Origin: Akkermansia muciniphila ATCC BAA-835
GTDB taxonomy: Bacteria > Verrucomicrobiota > Verrucomicrobiia > Verrucomicrobiales > Akkermansiaceae
DNA: 32,000 bases
Assembly (NCBI RefSeq): GCF_000020225.1
Contig: NC_010655.1
Span: 1,050,001-1,082,000, forward strand
Reading direction: 5' to 3'
The notes beneath the pieces are model-generated. The model had not been told where the DNA came from, ran no database searches, and worked only from the letters and a program-made list of their open reading frames with translations. A program made the position numbers and the translations under genes. The number at the start of each line of letters is the position of its first letter. Position 1 is the stretch's first letter. Shown here one piece after another: positions 25,728-32,000 of this stretch.

Positions 25728-26516
25728 ATGATTGCTTGATAGATAGTTACAAAAATATCTAACAAAATAATAATTATCCGGGAAAGACCCCGGGGAGGAT
25801 GAGGCGCTGAATAGGAGTGTCCGGCGTTCCAACGGAGAAGCAACGCCTTCGCATCTCGGGAGAAGTTGAAAATGCCCGGATTGGCTTTAATTCCGCCCGA
25901 AGGCGTGGATTTTACCGGGGGCATGCCGCCATGCTGCGGCGTTCAGCAAAGGCACAGTTGAGCTGCGGGCCCTTTATATTTATCCGCCATACGGGATAAA
26001 ATGGGAGATTCTGGTATGCCGAGGGGCCGGGATTCCACTAAAATGCCATGTTTCTGGCATGAGGAGGCTGTTTTCTCTGGAGCCTTTCAGTTTGAGTTCC
26101 TGCTGGTTTTCCATGAACATGGTGCCGGATTGTTCCCTCAATGCTTGTAAGAAGCTGCTGGCTTCGATGGTCCGCATCTGGGCATCCTGTGAAAGCGCTT
26201 CATGGTTTTCAAGTTTCCCTGTTGATGTTGAGTCTCCCGCAGTCTTTTTCGATCCATCCGGAGAGGATGGGACCGGTGAATCGGATTCAGGTCAAATAAC
26301 CTGTTCCGGGGTGGTTCAGGAGGCATCAAAAGCTTTCAGCACTATTTCTTATTCCCGGTCCGTGTTCCGGATTTTGATGTTGATGAAGATTGTTCCCGGA
26401 CGGGTGTTATTTGCCGTCTTTTACGGCCGTGTACATTAGCCGTATCAATGGAGGCGGATCCTGCTTTCCGCGAGCCGGAGATGCGGTGAATTCCCGGTGT
26501 TCAGCCAATGCATATT

Positions 26517-26551
26517 TTCAGGGAAAGAAGTGATTCCTGTTCTTTCCTGAA
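26517..26551. repeat. Strong imperfect hairpin (12-13 bp stem), possible bidirectional terminator
   Basis: TTCAGGGAAAGAA (26517-26529) / TTCTTTCCTGAA (26540-26551) with one bulged base and a 10-nt loop. It lies 60 nt downstream of the amidase stop. Confidence 0.5.
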
Positions 26552-26611
26552 ACATTTCCTGCCTTCTTTATGCCGGAAGCGGCAAAGGGGCGTGCGGCAT
26601 ATGCGGCAGTA

Positions 26612-27277
26612 TTATCTTCCTGCCTGGAGGCAGCGGTAGTAATAATCCACGCGGGAAATGAACCAGCTCCATTTGTACCCGGGGCGCCCATTAGTCATCA
26701 GCGGGGCGGGGCAATTCTTGCCGGACCAGTAGTTGTGAGGCACTACGTTGCGCAGGGGGACGTTGTAGCGCATCATCAGCAGCGCCGCCAGCTTGGCCGT
26801 CTTGTTGTAGATGACGACAGGGTTATGCGTGGTGCATTCACACATTTCAATGGCTACGGAGTATTGGTCTCCCGGTCCGGAATGGTCCGCATGGTGGCCG
26901 GTTTCCGTAGTGGGGATGTGCTGGTAGGCGCCGAATTGGTCCACAGTGAAGTGCCAGTTCAGGCTGCGGGACTTGCCGCTGTTCAGGTAACGGGAGTGGG
27001 CATTGGCGTCTCCTTTGGGGTTGGCGGTGCTGTGGATGGTGATGAAGCGGGGGCGCATGGAGGATGCGCGCTTGCGGGCATACGTGTTTTTGGGCATGTA
27101 GGAAACTTTAATGCCTACTTCACGGCCCATCTGGCCGGGTGTGCGGGGAACTACCGGCGCCTTTTGAATTTTAAAGGAGACGGCCGGCGGCCTCATTTTG
27201 TCGTTCTGCGAACAGCTGCAGAACGTCAGGGCGGCGAATACGGCAAAAAAGCCCGTCCAGACAAATCTATATTCCAT
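26612..27277 (-). CDS. N-acetylmuramoyl-L-alanine amidase (Amidase_2/PGRP fold), lipoprotein
   Basis: Signal/lipobox AALTFCSC. FITIHSTANPKGDANAH, NWHFTVD, AIEMCE and VVPHNYWSGKNCPAPL match Amidase_2 (T7-lysozyme-like) zinc and catalytic segments. Confidence 0.88.
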   Translation of the reverse strand: MEYRFVWTGFFAVFAALTFCSCSQNDKMRPPAVSFKIQKAPVVPRTPGQMGREVGIKVSYMPKNTYARKRASSMRPRFITIHSTANPKGDANAHSRYLNSGKSRSLNWHFTVDQFGAYQHIPTTETGHHADHSGPGDQYSVAIEMCECTTHNPVVIYNKTAKLAALLMMRYNVPLRNVVPHNYWSGKNCPAPLMTNGRPGYKWSWFISRVDYYYRCLQAGR

Positions 27278-27438
27278 GCGTTTGTTCTAGGAACAGCCTG
27301 GAAGGATTGCAAGAAGAATTTGGAATTAGTTCGGATGAACTAATCAGGCCGTGCCGTGAAGTTGCAGGTATATCCGGTGCGGATGAGGCGGACGGGCCGC
27401 GCCTTCGGGAGGAAGGGGGCCGTCCGCGAGGGGAAGCC

Positions 27439-27458
27439 GTACCGGGAACGCCCGGTAC
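27439..27458 (-). terminator. Candidate terminator hairpin after acnA (no U-tract)
   Basis: Perfect 8-bp stem GTACCGGG / CCCGGTAC with a 4-nt loop, 8 nt downstream of the acnA stop. Confidence 0.35.
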
Positions 27459-27466
27459 ATATCCCG

Positions 27467-30220
<2,754 letters not shown>

Positions 30221-30488
30221 GATGCGGAATAGAGGGTTAACTGTAAACAGGCGGCTGCCCTCCTGGCAGTCGCGGGTACTATACAGGCCAAATGTGATAA
30301 GGCAAGGACTCTGTGTGACGGAGGGCGGATTTTCCCCCCCTTCCGGAGCCGGGGAAATTTTTCTCTGAACCGGGGCTGCCGCTTTTTCCGGCATTTTTTC
30401 TCCATGCACGCCGCAGGAATCATGGAGTGCGTCATGGAACATTGAAAATGAGTTCGCAGTATTGTCCAACCCTGTGAAAGGTTTCAAG

Positions 30489-31052
30489 ATGATGAACGCA
30501 AAAAACATCTTATCAATCATAGCGGGAGCGTTGGCGCTGGCTGCCTGTTCTGGCCCGCAGGAAGAGAATTTGCGCATAGTTCCCCTGACCGTGCCTGCAA
30601 CCGTACCCATGACCTCCTACGGACCGCACGCGAGGGTGGTCGTAGCAGGAATTGATTATACGGAGGTGCACGACGAATGGATGAATCCCGATATCATGAA
30701 AAAGGCCACCCCGGGCAATACGCGCGTGGTGATCAGCCGCGGACGCCAAAGGGGCCAGTTGATGGTGGGGGATGAGGTAGCCATGGATTTTCCCGTTTGC
30801 GTGGGTAAGGCTTCCCACCGCACGCCCGTGGGCCATTTCCGCATTACGGAAAAGGCAGTGCATCATGTTTCCAATTTGTATGATGCCTCCATGCCTTACT
30901 TCATGCGGCTGACGGACAGCGGCATTGGGATGCACGTAGGCCCTGTTTTCCAGACGCCGCAGTCCCATGGGTGCATCCGCATGACCCGCTCTTCCTGCGT
31001 GCCGCTTTTCAAAACCGTTAAGGTAGGCACGCCCGTTACGATTGTACAGTAA
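30489..31052 (+). CDS. L,D-transpeptidase (YkuD domain) lipoprotein
   Basis: [20 protein letters not shown] lipobox. Catalytic region HRTPVGHF...GIGMHVGP...SHGCIRM. GAAAGG lies 9 nt upstream of the ATG at 30489. Confidence 0.88.
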   Translation: MMNAKNILSIIAGALALAACSGPQEENLRIVPLTVPATVPMTSYGPHARVVVAGIDYTEVHDEWMNPDIMKKATPGNTRVVISRGRQRGQLMVGDEVAMDFPVCVGKASHRTPVGHFRITEKAVHHVSNLYDASMPYFMRLTDSGIGMHVGPVFQTPQSHGCIRMTRSSCVPLFKTVKVGTPVTIVQ

Positions 31053-31053
31053 T

Positions 31054-31078
31054 GCCCGGAAAATTTCCGGGCGCTTTT
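31054..31078 (+). terminator. Rho-independent terminator after the L,D-transpeptidase gene
   Basis: Palindrome GCCCGGAAA-A-TTTCCGGGC starting 2 nt after the stop, followed by GCTTTT. Confidence 0.75.
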
Positions 31079-31211
31079 CCGGAAGAAAAATTCCCCGCGT
31101 TTTTAAAAAACTCATTTTTTTAAACAAAAAAACGCCGCCCGCCGCTATTTTGATAAACGGCATGTAGATAAACGGTACTTGCCGCAAGTCGCATTGCCTC
31201 AGCAACCCGAA

Positions 31212-31267
31212 CCCTCCATGCCGCTGCCGACTGTATCGTATTCATTCATCGGCAGCGGCATGGAGGG
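31212..31267. repeat. Perfect 19-bp inverted repeat with an 18-nt loop (function unknown)
   Basis: CCCTCCATGCCGCTGCCGA (31212-31230) / TCGGCAGCGGCATGGAGGG (31249-31267). Neither side has a T-tract. Confidence 0.9.
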
Positions 31268-31386
31268 AAGCCGTCTGCTTGACCGCAGAACTTGGGGAAT
31301 GAACGGGCTGCCCGTATTTCGTGAAGAGGACATGGTGCTTGTTCTCCCGGGGCCGCATTTGTTCCTCCGTGTTGTAAAAGATTAAT

Positions 31387-31421
31387 GGAGAAGAAGGATT
31401 GGCCTCCCCTGCTTTTTCTCC
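31387..31421. terminator. Bidirectional terminator hairpin at the msrAB 3' end
   Basis: 10-bp stem GGAGAAGAAG / CTTTTTCTCC (one G-T pair). It is followed by GGATTATTTTT on the plus strand and ATTAATCTTTT on the minus strand. The msrAB stop is at 31425-31427. Confidence 0.6.
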
Positions 31422-31424
31422 GGA

Positions 31425-32000
31425 TTATTTTTCCGCAGCTTTCCTGTCTGTTCCTTCCCGGTGCAGCAGGGGAAGGTATTTTCCATAACCCTGTGCTTCC
31501 ATGTCCTGTTCAGGAATGAATTTCAGGGAGGCGCTGTTGATGCAGTAGCGCAGTCCGCCCTGTTCCTTCGGGCCGTCTGTGAAAACGTGGCCCAGGTGGG
31601 CGTCTCCCGTTTTGCTGCGGACTTCCGTGCGCCTCATGCCGTGGGAGAAATCCTGTTTTTCCTGAATCAGTTCTTCTTTGATGGGGCGGGAGAAGCTGGG
31701 CCAGCCGCAGCCTGAATCAAACTTGTCCGTGGACAGGAATAAAGGTTCGCCTGTCGTGACGTCCACATAAATGCCAGGTCTGTCGTTATTGAAATATTCA
31801 TTGCGGAAGGGAGGTTCCGTCGCATTATTCCGCGTGACGGCAAATTGCTCGCGTGTCAGGACGCGGCGCAGCTCTTCGTCCGATTTTTTCCGGTAAACAG
31901 GTTCGTTTTCGCGGGCCTGGGACGCTTCCCGGAATTTGGCGGGTGGAATATGGCAGTATCCGCCAGGGTTTTTATCCAGATAGCGCTGATGATATTTTTC
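31425..32000 (-). CDS. msrAB: Bifunctional peptide-methionine sulfoxide reductase MsrA/MsrB, 3' part (continues beyond the window)
   Basis: The frame is open to the window edge. [18 protein letters not shown] is an MsrA C-terminus, followed by a linker and an MsrB domain ([33 protein letters not shown]). The track ORF 31425-31766 is only the part after an internal GTG. Confidence 0.9.
   Translation of the reverse strand, partial: EKYHQRYLDKNPGGYCHIPPAKFREASQARENEPVYRKKSDEELRRVLTREQFAVTRNNATEPPFRNEYFNNDRPGIYVDVTTGEPLFLSTDKFDSGCGWPSFSRPIKEELIQEKQDFSHGMRRTEVRSKTGDAHLGHVFTDGPKEQGGLRYCINSASLKFIPEQDMEAQGYGKYLPLLHREGTDRKAAEK

Noticed and set aside
25790-25990. A possible known riboswitch or housekeeping RNA (RNase P, tmRNA, SRP, cobalamin/TPP/SAM riboswitches) in the helix-rich segment
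   Set aside because: I could not find any signature box I know (GAGGAAAGTCCGG, B12 box, the CTGAGA of TPP, tmRNA tag/ACCA end, the SRP GGAA motif). An Rfam scan is still required.
26059-26439. 126-aa plus-strand ORF in the gene-less stretch
   Set aside because: It has Ser/Phe/Cys-rich odd composition, no motifs, and overlaps equally poor minus-strand ORFs. I treated it as non-coding pending data.
30324-30330. C7 homopolymer (G7 on the acnA strand) in the acnA-ldt divergent intergenic region
   Set aside because: The tract is short, in front of housekeeping genes, and nothing suggests variability. It is part of an imperfect inverted repeat TTTCCCC...GGGGAAA and is probably just a structural or promoter-context feature.
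30221-30610. 130-codon in-frame N-terminal extension of the acnA ORF
   Set aside because: The conserved aconitase N-terminus begins at MTKIAKS (ATG 30220). The upstream codons have no aconitase similarity and would run through the divergent ldt promoter region and into the ldt coding sequence.

Overview
This is a 32-kb chromosomal window with mostly high GC (53-73% in 60-nt lines I counted by hand). About 26 credible protein genes are tightly packed on both strands. The gene content suggests a Verrucomicrobiota or Akkermansia-like genome (Pmp-like autotransporter, SHD1-domain protein, LpxI); that is inference only. Reading left to right:
- MBL-fold hydrolase 3' end and a WecB/TagA glycosyltransferase.
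- MmcQ/YjbR protein, a C_GCAxxG_C_C-like protein, and two tandem small paralogous charged proteins.
- A minus-strand operon: 2-oxoacid dehydrogenase E1alpha-E1beta-E2 followed by lpxI.
- A MerR/GyrI-like regulator divergent from an RND adaptor+pump pair.
- A Pmp-like autotransporter that is split by a frame break.
- Two PepSY-like paralogs around a YugP-type Zn peptidase.
- cobA-hemD fusion, a lipoprotein, topB with a long C-terminal extension, and an SHD1-domain secreted protein.
- A low-GC islet of about 1.1 kb with two small secreted proteins, then about 0.8 kb without credible genes.
- An Amidase_2 lipoprotein, acnA, an L,D-transpeptidase, and the 3' part of a fused msrA-msrB.

I recognised no rRNA, tRNA, CRISPR array, intact transposase or recombinase. 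I saw no clear-cut new multi-gene system. The observations most worth follow-up are:
- A perfect 16-bp inverted-repeat pair brackets a 236-bp AT-rich segment directly upstream of the frame-broken autotransporter. This is a candidate invertible promoter or MITE.
- The low-GC two-gene islet encodes a Cys-rich secreted protein and is followed by the gene-less stretch.
- A MerR-type promoter/operator lies in front of the RND genes.
- A convergent intergenic region carries a 19-bp perfect hairpin that covers the ATG of a possible small gene.

All functional calls rest on motif recognition by eye; no database search was run.
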